In this document: piece by piece, positions 30,684 to 43,137 of the stretch
Layout of the letters: each line of letters begins with the position of its first letter
How positions within the stretch are numbered: position 1 is the first letter of the stretch
DNA from: the human T2T-CHM13v2.0 reference genome, Homo sapiens
NCBI RefSeq assembly: GCF_009914755.1
Contig: NC_060934.1
Length of the DNA: 64,000 nt
Reading direction: 5' to 3' (one strand)
Made by a program: the position numbers and the translations under genes
The notes under the pieces: generated by a model
Told to the model about the DNA's origin: nothing
What the model saw: only the letters and a program-made list of their open reading frames with translations
Database searches by the model: none

Positions 30684-31093
30684 CAATGCTCCTAGACATA
30701 CGACCTGGTTGTGTCCCCATATGCCCATTGCAAGTTGAAAATATCTTAAGTTGAAAATGTGTTTAATACACCTAACCTACCAAACATCATAGTATAGGCT
30801 AGCCCACCTTAACCATGCTCAGAACACTTACATTGGCTTGTCATTGGGCAAAGTCATCTGGCCACACAGGGCACTGTAGAGTGTTGGTTGTTGACCCTTG
30901 TGATCACCTGGCTGACCAGGAGCTGCTGCTGCTGCCTCTGCCCAACATCACAAGAGAGTATTGTACCACATATTGCTAGCCCAGGAAAAGATCAAAATTC
31001 AAAAATTGAAGTACAGATCCTACTGAATGTGTGTCACTTTTGCACCATTGTAAAAGTCAGTAAGTTGAACCATCCTAAGTCAGGGTTGGTCTG
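30684..31093 (+). mobile_element. MER47B-like Tigger-derived MITE
   Basis: tttaatacacctaacctacc...gctcagaacacttaca...ggaaaagatcaaaattcaaaa...ctg followed by TA. Confidence 0.8.
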
Positions 31094-31339
31094 TATTATT
31101 CGCTGAGCTGAAGTCACCATCAATCTGGTGGCAGATTGCTAATAGTAAATCCCTTCCAACATGGTATGGCAGTGATGGGTCCTTATATGAATAGATCTAT
31201 ATTCTACATGTTTTTGGTTTCCCTGTTCATAACACTCTACCAACACTGTCCCTATAGAATGCCCTATTCATCACTATAGATCACATTGCCTGTGATCAGA
31301 AAACTCATCTTAAGATTAAAAAAAAAGGTGCAGCACAGG

Positions 31340-31651
31340 GTTTATTTTTATTTTTTATTTTTTGAGACAGAGTCTCACTGTCACCCAGACTGGAATGCAG
31401 TGGTGCAGTGGCACGATCACAGCTCACTGCAACCTCAACTTCCCAGGCCCAGGTGATCCTCCCACCTCAGCCTCCCAGGTACCTGGGACTATAGGCACAC
31501 ACCACCACACCCGACTAATTTTCTGTATGTTTTGTAGAGATGGGAGGTCTTGCCACATTGCCCTGGCTGGTCTCAAACTCCTGGCATCAAGTGATTCTCC
31601 TGCCTCAGCCTCCCAAAGTGCTGGGATTACAGGCATAAGCCACTACACCAA
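31340..31651 (-). mobile_element. AluJ
   Basis: Antisense dimer. Confidence 0.93.
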
Positions 31652-32706
31652 ACCTGTTGCATCCTCTTAGGAGGTGTTTGCTTCTGATCCTTGCAAACTT
31701 GAGCTCAGTGGGTTTGCAGGTCTTTGTGCACAAGGGAAGAACAAGGGAACACAACCAAGGTTCTGTTAAATGGGAAGCTGAGACTGCCTTCTAACCATTT
31801 CAGGCTCTCTTTCTACTGATCCAACAGGCAGAAATGGGGCTCGCACTGCTGGCCAAGGTATCTGATATGATTACAAAGGAGGAATTTGCTTGCCACTCAC
31901 TATACAATGAGGGCAGGGAAGACTATGCAGAGTCCAGGAATTTACAGGCCAGTGCTTAGTATTCTCTTAATTCACTGTTCAGTGGAAAATCGAGGCAACC
32001 CAATAACAACAGGACCACCAAGGATGCTGATCGTGAAGGAATAAAGATAACGAACCCAGCTCGGTTGAGGCACTATCAGAGAATAGGAAAATAGGTAATA
32101 GGCAGTAAGGGGACGAAGCCACTATTACTAACTTGGGCCTCAGAAGCAGGTATAGCATGTAGCAGCTTCTATGTTAATTACTTGATGTTCTTTCTTCACT
32201 TTCACCCCAAAACCTCCCATGAAGAGCATCATGGCTAACACTTTAGATTTGAGATGAGAGCATGATGTTAGCGACCTGCCATCATTCTGTGGATGGTGAA
32301 GTGCAGGGTGTCTCTTTTTTCCACTCTCTACTCTATGTCCCACAGGCAGGCCTTTGTGGACTGCACCAATGGGTGCCATGGTCTTCAGCAGCTACGTGGG
32401 TTTAGCCAGAGGAAGGCACTGGCAGGAGACTGGAGGCAGGAGGAGAGTGAGTTGTAGCATTTTTTCCACCTGCTCCTTCCCACTGGATTGGAGGTTGCCA
32501 GTGGCCTCAACACTGTACCAAAGATTACAGCTCCCACCTCACAGGGTTTCTTTCCCCAGGTTCTGATACCTGCTCCCTCCCCTTGCTCCTTCTCTTCAAG
32601 CCTAGAGGGAATAATGGCTCCCTCCTCCTGTGGTGTTTCCTTAACTATTTTTGACTTTTCTTAACTCTGTAAACTCTTGTCAATAATTTCTTTATTAAAC
32701 TCTGCT

Positions 32707-32998
32707 GGGCCAGGCATGGTGGTTCATGCCTGTAATCCCAGCACTTTGGGAGGCCGAGCTAGATGGATCACTTGAGGTAAGGAGTTCAAGACCAGCCTGG
32801 GCAATGCAGCAAGACCCCTTCTCTACCAAAAAACTTAAAAATTATCTGGGCATGGTGGTACACACCTGGAGTCCCAGCTACTTGGGAGGCTGAGGCAGGA
32901 GGATCTCTTGAGTCCAGGAGTTTGAGGGGTGCAATGAGCTATGATCACACCACTGCACTCCAGCCTGAGCAACAGAGCAAGACCTTGTCTCTAAAAAA
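32707..32998 (+). mobile_element. AluJ inserted in the 3' LTR33
   Basis: Dimer; TSD of about AAACTCT(G/T)CT. Confidence 0.93.
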
Positions 32999-33419
32999 CA
33001 GAATTAAATGTTTTAAAAACTCTTCTCAGTTGCTGTATTTGAATTGCCTATGACAAACCTCTCTGATACAGCCTGACGTGGTCCAGCTGAATTTAGAATG
33101 AAACTCTTCTCTCAGACTACTGCCAATCCTCACGGGTTCTCAGCAGGCCTGATTCATATTTCCTGGATCTCTGAGTCACCTTTCTGCATCCTGTGTAAAT
33201 GTCTTTAGCCCCACACTCATACAGACACCTTTTCATCAGCCTTCTGACTAGATAATCAGGAAGTCATCCAACAAAGCTCTCCTAGTCTCAACTGGCGCAC
33301 ATATGAGCTTGCTTCATGGAAGGTTCTAGAGCATTTGGTCTCAGTCACTAAAGCATCTTAGGAGCAAAGTTTTGAATGGTGAGCAAACTAGAAAGCTGCA
33401 AATGAGTTGCAGGCATGCC

Positions 33420-33877
33420 ATGCAAGATGATCCCCTCATCCTTCAGGGCAGCTGAGCAGGGCCTCGAGCAGCTGGGGGAGCCTCACTTAATGCTCCTGGG
33501 AGGGCAGCCAGGGAGCATGGGGTCTGCAGGCATGGTCCAGGGTCCTGCAGGCGGCATGCACCATGTGCAGCCGCCCCCACCTGTTGCTCTGCCTCCGCCA
33601 CCTGGCCATGGGCTTCAGCAGCCAGCCACAAAGTCTGCAGCTGCTGTACATGGACAAGAAGCCCACAAGCAGCTAGAGGACCTTGTGTTCCACGTGCCCA
33701 GGGAGCATGGCCCACAGCCCAAAGACCAGTCAGGAGCAGGCAGGGGCTTCTGGCAGGCCCAGCTCTACCTCTGTCTTCACACAGATGGGAGATTTCTGTT
33801 GTGATTTTGAGTGATGTGTCCCTTTGGTGACATCCAAGATAGTTGCTGAAGCACCGCTCTAACAATGTGTGTGTATT
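33420..33877 (-). pseudogene. Candidate decayed terminal exon of an ASB-like (SOCS-box) gene
   Basis: Acceptor ttctcgttttcAG at 33890-33878; one frame with ~87% GC3 reading ...FLSMYSSCRLCGWLLKPMARWRRQSNRWGRLHMVHAACRTLDHACR, then frameshifted LPQLLEALL and LKDEGII; in-frame stops. Confidence 0.55.
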
Positions 33878-34034
33878 CTGAAAACGAGAACTTCTTTATT
33901 CTGAAATAATTGATGCAAAATAAATTAGTTTGGATTTGAAATTCTATTCATGTAGGCATGCACACAAAAGTCCAACATTGCATATGACACAAAGAAAAGA
34001 AAAAGCTTGCATTCCTTAAATACAAATATCTGTT

Positions 34035-34190
34035 AACTATATTTGCAAATATATTTGAATACACTTCTATTATGTTACATATAATATTATATGTATATGT
34101 ATATATAATATACATATATATGTTACATATAATATACTTCTATTATGTTACATATAATATTTATCTATAAGTAAATACATAAATATAAAG
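34035..34190. repeat. AT-rich low-complexity tract with a duplicated ACTTCTATTATGTTACATATAATATT unit and a 16-bp palindrome TATATTTGCAAATATA (34038-34053)
   Basis: Read directly. Confidence 0.85.
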
Positions 34191-34522
34191 ATTTGAGTAG
34201 CTGTAGAACATTGTCTTATGTGTTATCAGCTACTACTACAAAAATATCTCTTCCACTTATGCCAGTTTGCCATATAAATATGATCATGTTTTACCGTGGC
34301 ACTTACGGAAAAGGTCAGGAAACACTGCTCTGAGGCATTGCACACACATAATTCCCCTGCCTCCGAGACCTGCCACTCCTATAACGTATTGGCAGCAACG
34401 ACAACTAGGAATTAAATGCTGAATTGAACACCTGAAATAAAGACTTCCCTAACATAACCACAACTCTCAACAATCATTTCCCTCATAATAGCAGAAATAA
34501 TTTCCCATGGGGCTAAAGCAGT

Positions 34523-34524
<2 letters not shown>

Positions 34525-34563
<39 letters not shown>
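34525..34563. repeat. (CA)n microsatellite, ~19 units
   Basis: Read directly. Confidence 0.97.
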
Positions 34564-34566
<3 letters not shown>

Positions 34567-34829
34567 TCTAAGGTTACCCTGATATAAGAATATGAATTGA
34601 CCTAGGATGGAGGTAGTTGATTTCAAAGGGTGAAAGGAACAACATAACCAGTAAATGGTTCAAGTAAAATTCTAATTCAGAGATCTGGCATGTCATAGGT
34701 ACTGTGCTACTTAGCCATAGTCAAAACAGATGGGTCTGGAGTTGAAACACCTTGGTTCTCAGACCCCTAGATCCTTCTAGGCCTGCTTATGAAAAGGCTA
34801 AGTATAAGAAAAGAAAGTAGAAATGAATG

Positions 34830-35130
34830 GCAATGTGAATGAACCAGACACTAAATAGTACACACTATGTGATTGAATTATTTTAAAGAAGAAAAATATG
34901 CAAAATTAATCTATGGTGTTAGCAATCGGGATAGTGGTTAACCTCCTCAGGGTGGGGCAAGGATGGTAAAGGAGGACAGCAGAGGGGCTTCTGGGCTGTT
35001 GATAATATAAAGTTGCTTAATCTGAATGGTGGTTACACAGACATTTTCTTCTTGTGAAAACGTATCAAGTTGTATAATTACGTGTTATCTTATATACATG
35101 TTTATTATGCCTCAATTACAAAGTTCTAAA
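34830..35130 (+). mobile_element. Old L1M 3' fragment
   Basis: aattaatctatggtgttag...ggatagtggttaacct...ggtggttacacag. Confidence 0.7.
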
Positions 35131-35386
35131 TGAAATGGCAGGGAGCCCATACTAATATCAAGATACTTGATAGTCAGGCACTGGCATAGAAAACAGAAAA
35201 CAAAAACAAAAATTCAGGGGCCCTGGCTGACCACAACCTCAATATGAAATATCAAGTTAGTGTTGTTAGAAGCAAAGAAACAAAGTGAGCTGATAACTGG
35301 ACTATAACAAAGTATACTTGTGTGACTTACAGAGATTGGAAAGTAGTTCTTCTCTGATACAATGTAGCAACTCAAACCCTGATTAG

Positions 35387-35715
<329 letters not shown>

Positions 35716-36031
35716 TAAAAACATTGAAAACTGGAAGGGATTCAGAGATGGGCAATAGAGATGATTAAAAGAGATAAAAAATTGCTCTCAAAAAAAAAAC
35801 CATTAAAAGTAACACATTTTTTTAAAAATTGGCTGCTGGTCCTCTCATCTTGATAAATGGTCATATAACTTTCCTATGCTTTCCTCAAATTCTTTTTTCC
35901 TTTTCCCTTGTCTTTATTGGCAAGTGGACTTCTAAGAGCAGAATAAGTCGATTGAAATTAATGTATTGAGCAGATATACCACGGTCATTAAAACATAAAA
36001 TAAAAAGATGTTTGGTCATTAAAAAGCACTA

Positions 36032-36340
<309 letters not shown>

Positions 36341-36852
36341 CTAGCTAAAGTAATTGAAGTTGCTGTAGCTTAAAGAAGAGAAGGCTTAATTCGCCTTAAA
36401 ATAGCTGAAGATTTTTGAGAAGCAAGGTTATTGGTCATCCTGCACCTCAGAGAAATAGAAGTAAATAATCTTAAAACAGATTTCAGCAAGATATCAGAAA
36501 GACTGGATAAAGGTGTGAGTCACAAGTTCTGGGGACATTCAGGTGGAGAATTAGGATATTTTGACTAGGCCAGGATTTTTCTAACATCATAATTTTTATT
36601 ATCTCATGAGTAATGAGTTCGATTTTATTTATAATGACAATAGTTTAAGTCTGTAATGCCTTAGAGCTCTCCTGGAGGGGCACTTTGACAGCATTTGCCT
36701 CCGCTTGGAGCCCTGCTTTTGAACTGGTACTGCCAGGGGGAGATCGATGCTCACAGGCTGCCCCGAGGCAGCAGGTGGGCGGGCTGTGGCCTACAGCCCC
36801 TCTGCTCCCCGGGGCCGTGCCAGGCCAGGCCTGAGGATGCCGGCTGTCAACA

Positions 36853-36866
36853 GTCACCATGGTGAC
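36853..36866. promoter_or_regulatory. RFX X-box-like perfect palindrome GTCACCATGGTGAC in a GC-rich unique region
   Basis: Resembles the GTNRCCATGGYAAC consensus; GATA site AGATAAG at 36951. Confidence 0.4.
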
Positions 36867-38276
36867 CTCATAGCCAGCAGCTGCTCTCCCCACTGCGGTG
36901 AAGGTGTCTGAATGGCTTCTGAGGCGGGTCCAAGGGCGGTGGGCAGTCCCAGATAAGGCCCGAAGCTGGGGAAGGTCCTGGCCACTTATTTAGCTGAACC
37001 CATCACCTCTCCTAGGGCTCCCAGCAGAAGTCGGGGCTCGCTTCAGGGGAGGTTTTGCCAGAATAGTCTGAGAAATGTCTCCTGGCATTTATGCTCCTCT
37101 GCTGACGTCCCCTTGCCCTGGGAAAGTCTGTGATGCCTGGAAAAGAGACCACAGTGGGAGACCATTTTTCCAAGGGAAAACTGATTTATGTGAATCCCAG
37201 GTTCAGGGCAAGACTCTATCCCATCAGCCTGATGTTTTGTTCATTTTTGAGCTGTCAATAGGAAATCTGGACACTCCAGACCTGAATCTAGAAGCGGCTT
37301 CTGTTTTTTGTCCCAAAAACCTGCAGCTCCTTGAGCAACCCCTTTTCCCTAACACCCCTGGCACCCAGCCCTGCACACCCAGCCCCTCCACCACAAGCTC
37401 CACGGCCGGCACCCCCTGCCTGGCACCTGGCGCCTGGCACACACACAGCAGGGCCGGGCCAGTGCCCGCGGGAGCCTAACAGCTGGCAGGCCACCTCTCA
37501 GCCCGGCTGGGCTTCAGGGGAGAGGGGAGGCCGGTCTGGGGAGGGGAGTCTCAATGGAGACTCCAGCAAGACATCTGCTGCCCTGGCCACGAGATCTGAA
37601 GGGCGGATGCAAGAAGAGACAGAGCGGGGGTGGCAGGACAGCCCCTACCCTGCAGCTTTGCCAAGCACTGGCTCCCACTCTCAGAGGTGGCCATAGCCTG
37701 TCCCTTTTAATGCCTGTCTCCTCTCCCCTCCCCCTGTCAGCTGGCGTCTCAGGAAAGAAGTATCACAAGCAAACTGCCACGGAAAAACAAAGCTGTCTGC
37801 TGGCCGCCAGCCAGGCTTGCACTGCCGCCCCTGCAGCCAGTCCAGGCTCCCCCACTGAACCCCACTCCGGGCCTACAGGCCCTTCCCTGACATGTGGACC
37901 CCCGGCCCTGGGCAGCCGCTGGGCCCTGGCCAGCTCAGGGGAGGACACCTCCCTGCTTCTCCAGCCTCCTCTGACGCCCCCATCCAATGCTGGGAGGATG
38001 GAAAGGTTGAAGCTCTGTAGGCCCAGTGCCCGCCTCGGGGAGGGAGGTACTGATGAGCAAGGGGACTCGCCTTCTCACTAAATTATGAGCCTGGAGCCTC
38101 CCGGGCAGCTCCTGTAGAAGCAGCCCTTCCGCCCCATCTGCTTTTCTCTTCTCTGGGCCATTGCTCCTTTCAATCCTATGAGCTAAGGAAATTGGTGTTA
38201 GGGTGATGGGCTGTCTCAAGGATCCAACGCTATTTCTGGGAGCCTGGTTAGAAGAAAGAAAGAAAGAAACTGTAAG

Positions 38277-38603
38277 GCCAGGTGCGGGTGCAGTGGCTCA
38301 TGCCTGTAATCCCAGCACTTTGGGAGGCTAAGGTGGGAGGATCACTCGAGGCCAGGAGCTAGAGACCAGCCTGGACAACGTAGGGAGACTCTATCTCTAT
38401 TAAAAAAAAACACACAAAAAAAACAAAAAACACATTAGCCAGATGTGGTGGTGCACACCTGTAGTCCCAGCTCAGGAGGCTGAGGTGGGAGGATCCGTTG
38501 AGCCCAAGAGTTCCAGACTGCAGTGAGCAGTGATTGCACCACTGCACTCCAGCCCGGATGGCACAGCAACATCTTGTCTCTAGAATGAAAAGAAAAAAAG
38601 AAA
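38277..38603 (+). mobile_element. AluJ
   Basis: Dimer. Confidence 0.93.
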
Positions 38604-39392
38604 CTGTCATCACCCCATGATTAGCATAAGGATTTAAAAATAAACTAGCAGTTCTGGCTCTTGGCCTTGCAGAACAGTTTATAAGCTGACTGAGGGGGTC
38701 CAAACATTTATGTCACCCATGACTCTCAGGCAATCTGGGATTTTCTTTTCTCCAGGAACGCTGCTGATTGTGTCCAGGATATGAAAGCAGTGATCTTAGG
38801 GAAGCTGGGCAGGGGGACAGGCAGCACCAAAAGTGACCTCTAGGCCCAGTAATGGAGGGGACTTTATCCCTGGTGACTAGTGGAGCCGCGTCATGTCTAT
38901 AAGAACGTACTGCTGGCCTAAGCAGTCCAAGGATGCTCCTTTGGGAAGTCCCCAAGTCAGAGTACAATCACAGGGTGACAAGAGGGTCATTGGCCCTGAC
39001 TTACATCCTCCCCACTGTCAGCAGCATGGGCTGTCTTCCTGCGGTTTGTACTCACTGTCTGCCCACTTGCTTCCCGTTTCTGGTTTTTTGCAGATTAGGC
39101 TTTAACCTTCCTTCCCACCCTTCCTGAGATCTAGAGACTCACCAGGAGAACTCCTAGGCAGTTGAGCTTGTCTTATAGGTGGTCACCGATCAGCCTTCCC
39201 TCAGGGCGGCAGCCTCTCTCCCTCGCATCTTCTCCCACTGGTCATCAGCCACTTGCAGCATTCAGGCCCCTGAGAACTGCCAGCCCTGGCTGCAAATTCT
39301 GTGAATCTCACAGAGCTTCCACCTGCATGGCTCGGGCTCCAAGGAACACAGAGAATGCGGACCCGGACAGGTGCTGTGCGTCACAAGAGCTA

Positions 39393-39435
39393 GTGCATGC
39401 TCGTGCATGCTCATGTGTGCTCATGCATGTTTGTG

Positions 39436-39471
<36 letters not shown>
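39393..39471. repeat. Alternating purine-pyrimidine tract ending in (CA)~15
   Basis: Read directly. Confidence 0.9.
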
Positions 39472-39474
<3 letters not shown>

Positions 39475-40534
39475 GTGTGACCTAGCTAGGTGCAACCATT
39501 AATCTCCAGCCCCACTCTTTCCTTAGACCTCGACTCCCTCCTCTCCTCCCTGTCTCCTGGCCCCTTTATTGGGCCATTATTGAAGGCCTCAATGTATATC
39601 TCTCCACTTCTTGCCTTTCTACACCATCATGTCATCATCCATTTATTTGACTGTCTCCCCCTCAGGTTCCAGGAAGTGGCAGCAGAGCTATATCTTGTTT
39701 GGGGGCTAGGATAGTGAGCACTTGTTAAGTGTGTGTGGAGTGAATGGGATCCTCCAGATCTTCTGCTAATTATCAGCTCAGCCATCAGCCTCTGGGGCTC
39801 CAGGGGCGCAGCCAGACATGACTAGCCTGGTCCCCTTGGCTCTTCCATCTTCTCACCCTCTGCATCAAAGCAAATGGAACATGTATTTTTAATGACTTAG
39901 GCAAGCCCCATGCTTTTAATAGGGAGAAAAAGGAGAAACACTTAGCTAAATACACAAAATGGGCTTTAGTCTCCTAGGAGTTCCATTTCAGGATAGAATG
40001 CGAGAGATAATTTTTTTAAAAAGCAATGGAATCTCTTTGCCTCACCCCTTGTCACTCCCTCGGCAGCTCTCACTTGGACCTCTTAGCCCTCCTGGGACAC
40101 TGCACCCCCAGTTGCTGGAAGCCAAGGAAAAGCACATCTTATGTGTAGCAGGTGCTCAGTGTGGCCACGGAAAGAACACCATTCTGGGGGTCATGAAACC
40201 TGGTGCCAACCATGGTGTTCTCAGATGTGCTGCTCACTTCTTTACACTCTTGTTTTTCCACAAAATAACACTAGATCCCTCCCCTGCCCTGCTGGCCTGT
40301 CTTATAGGATGGTTGTAAAGAATAAGTAAAGTAAGAACTAGGAAAGGGCTTTGGAAAATCGCATTCCATCTCCCAAGTGCGGTGGTGGTGGTGATTCCTC
40401 AGAGGCTGGTGCAGAGCGGAGAGGCCAGGCCGGCCTGGGAAAAGCGTGGAGCAGAAGGAGCAGGTGTGACATTGTCCCACCTCTCCCTTCAGCCTCACGT
40501 CCCTTCCCCTTCTCCACTCTGCCCTGTGTGCCCC

Positions 40535-40885
40535 TGCTAGGAGCTGCATTGGGTCCCCCCAAAATTCATGTGTTGAAGTCCTGACCTCTAGGACCTCAGG
40601 ATGTGACTGTGTTGGGAGACAGAGCCATTAAAGAGGTAAGGAAGGTTAAATGAGGTCACCAGGGTGGCCCTAATGCAATAAGACTGGTATCCTTAGAAGA
40701 ACAGATTAAGGGACAGACACACAGAGATGGAAGACCACATGAAAACATCAGATGAAGACAGCCATCTACGAGCCACGGAGAGAGGCCTCGGGAGAAACTA
40801 ACCCTGCCTGCCTTGATCTTGGACTTCCAGCCTCTAGAACTGTGAGGACACACATTTCTGTCTGTGGGGCTTTGCTATACAGGCC
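40535..40885 (+). mobile_element. MLT1A/B solo LTR
   Basis: ccccccaaaattcatgtgttgaagtcct...cttggacttccagcctctagaactgtgag. Confidence 0.88.
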
Positions 40886-41206
40886 CTCCCATTCTTTCTA
40901 CTCCTCCTTTGGCCCAATCGGGTGTTGCAGGCCTTCAAGGTGCCACTTCCCTAGCCCCTGAGAAGCAAATTCCCAATGCCTGCTTCACAGCGCTCTCACG
41001 CCTGACAGGGCAGAGCATGGCAGCTGAGGACGCTTTCACTCAAAGATGTCCCCTTTGAGGGGTGATTTCTACCACGCTACTAAGACACTCAGGAGAGCAG
41101 AGCATCCTCCCTGTCCATGTGGAACCTGCGCTATTGGAGAGTCCCAAAAGCACATCCTTACAGCTGACGGTATCACCTGGGAGATTGATAACAATGCTAA
41201 CTCCTA

Positions 41207-41501
41207 GCCAGGTGCAGTGGATCTCGCCTGTAGTCCCAGCGCTTTGGGAGGCCCAGGCAGGAGGATCGCCTGAGGCCAGTTTCAGACCAGCCTGAGAAAC
41301 ATAGTGAGATTTCATCTCTACAAAAACTAAAAACACATTAGCTTGGCATGGTAGCCAGTGTCTGTAGTCCTAGCTACTTGGAAGGCGGAGGCAGAAAGAT
41401 CACTTCAGCCCAGAAGTTCAAGGCTGCAGTGAACCATGATTATGCACTGCACTCTAGCCTGGGTGACAGAGAAAGACACTGTCTCTAAAACAACAACAAA
41501 A
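41207..41501 (+). mobile_element. AluJ, inside a MER5-like relic
   Basis: Dimer; TSD AAT(G/A)CT(A/G)ACTCCT. Confidence 0.92.
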
Positions 41502-41709
41502 ATACTGACTCCTGAGCACACCCTTAGAGATTCTAAACCAATAGGCATGAGGTGGTCTGAGAATCTGTGCTTGGATCCCCTGGGGACATGGGGCACAGCT
41601 GGGTTTCAGAATCACTGACCAGCTTGCCACTGTGTGAGGACATCCCTACTTAACTCACAAGCACCCACCAAGTCTATGCAGAAAACCTCTGAGAGAATCT
41701 CCTTTGTGA

Positions 41710-41988
<279 letters not shown>

Positions 41989-43137
41989 CCTGGTTCCTCC
42001 ATTTAATGGAGTCCAGTAAAAAAATGATGTTTGCTCAGAGTCACGAATCACAGAATATTGGAGCCAGAAGGCACTTTAGGGGTCATGGAATTCAAGCCCC
42101 TCTGTTTACCTGTATGGAGACCACAGGGGTGAGACATGGGATAACCTTGCCCAGACCCTTAATCAGCCAGCGCTGGAGCCTGGGCCCAGGTTTCCAGATT
42201 TCCTGTTTCATTCTTGCTTTCTCAAGAGCCCTATTAAACCCCATTCCTGTTCCCGAATATGACCCTGACAGCAAAGAAAATAAGAGTGTGTCAGGGCTGA
42301 CTGTGCATCTGCATGCCAAGCCTCACTGTGCATTATCTCACTGAATCCTCACAGTCACCCGGTCACATTTGACTGCATGTTTCACATTTTATAGGAGAGA
42401 GACCTGCTCGAAATCACACAGACAGTAAAGGCAGAGTCTGGACTCCCCCCAGGTCTGTCTCTCTCAAGGTCCCAGCAGCCCCTAATCTGGAAATGAGAAG
42501 CCTGGGCTTTTCAAACTGCTGTGGAGAGCTGGAAGAGCACCAGGGACTCTCCTGCTGGGCTGGCATCCCGGGAATTTGTGCCGTTTGCTTTGTGGCCTGG
42601 TCAGGTGTCCTTCCTGCCCCACCCCATGGGCTTCTGGCCTCGCTGTCTCTCTGAGCCGGGCCAGCAGGAGAGGGTCTGGCTCTGCCAATGGCCCCTTGGG
42701 TCTCTCCTGGCAGCTCTCAGATGACACTCCTGCTGGGTGCCAGGGACTGGGGCAGACCTAGCAGAGGAGTGGACAGCTCCTGCCCTGGTTCTGTGACTTT
42801 CTCTCTGCCTCTTGTTACTTAAGACTGGGCCATTTCATCCCAGCTGTCCGTTTTAAACACTGCCATCTCTGGCATCTCGTTGTGTTCCTGGACCTACATG
42901 AAGGCATCCTGTGAGCGTCCCCAGTGCGTGATGGAGGGGTGGAGATGAGAGATGCTGGGGGCGGTCTCCCATACCCACAGCTTCCAGGACGTCTACTATT
43001 AGCTCCTGGATCGCTGCCCTCATCACCAGCGCAGCCTCCTTAATCTCACCTTCCACAACCCTCCTGCTCCCCGCCTCCTGTCCTATCAGAAGATTCTAGC
43101 TCTTTCCCATGACATGAACTAAATTGTGGGGCTTCCT

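Larger units (their letters stand above)
25258..33070 (+). mobile_element. Ancient ERV-L provirus (ERV3-16A3/ERVL-E-like internal) flanked by LTR33-family LTRs at 25258-25745 and ~32300-33070
   Basis: PBS-like ctgggaccaggaatag at ~25750; RT relics IKCLKDAGVVILTTLIFNSYVWLAQKPARS*RITVDYRKF (28245) and FTGDIVLIGPGEQEV (28638); dUTPase-like TTKVLLNGKLRLPSNHFRL (31751). Confidence 0.82.

Noticed and set aside
33415-33804. Plus-strand 129-aa Pro/Gln-rich ORF followed by AATAAA (~33919) as a novel gene
   Set aside because: It is the in-register antisense shadow of the high-GC3 minus frame and has no recognisable domain, so the fossil minus-strand exon explains it better. A de novo micropeptide cannot be fully excluded without ribosome profiling.
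42853-43056. Minus-strand ORF with PPLHHALG as an ankyrin exon of the ASB-like gene
   Set aside because: There is only one partial motif and no clear splice boundaries, and it lies beside L2 sequence. Worth revisiting only if an intact ortholog is found.
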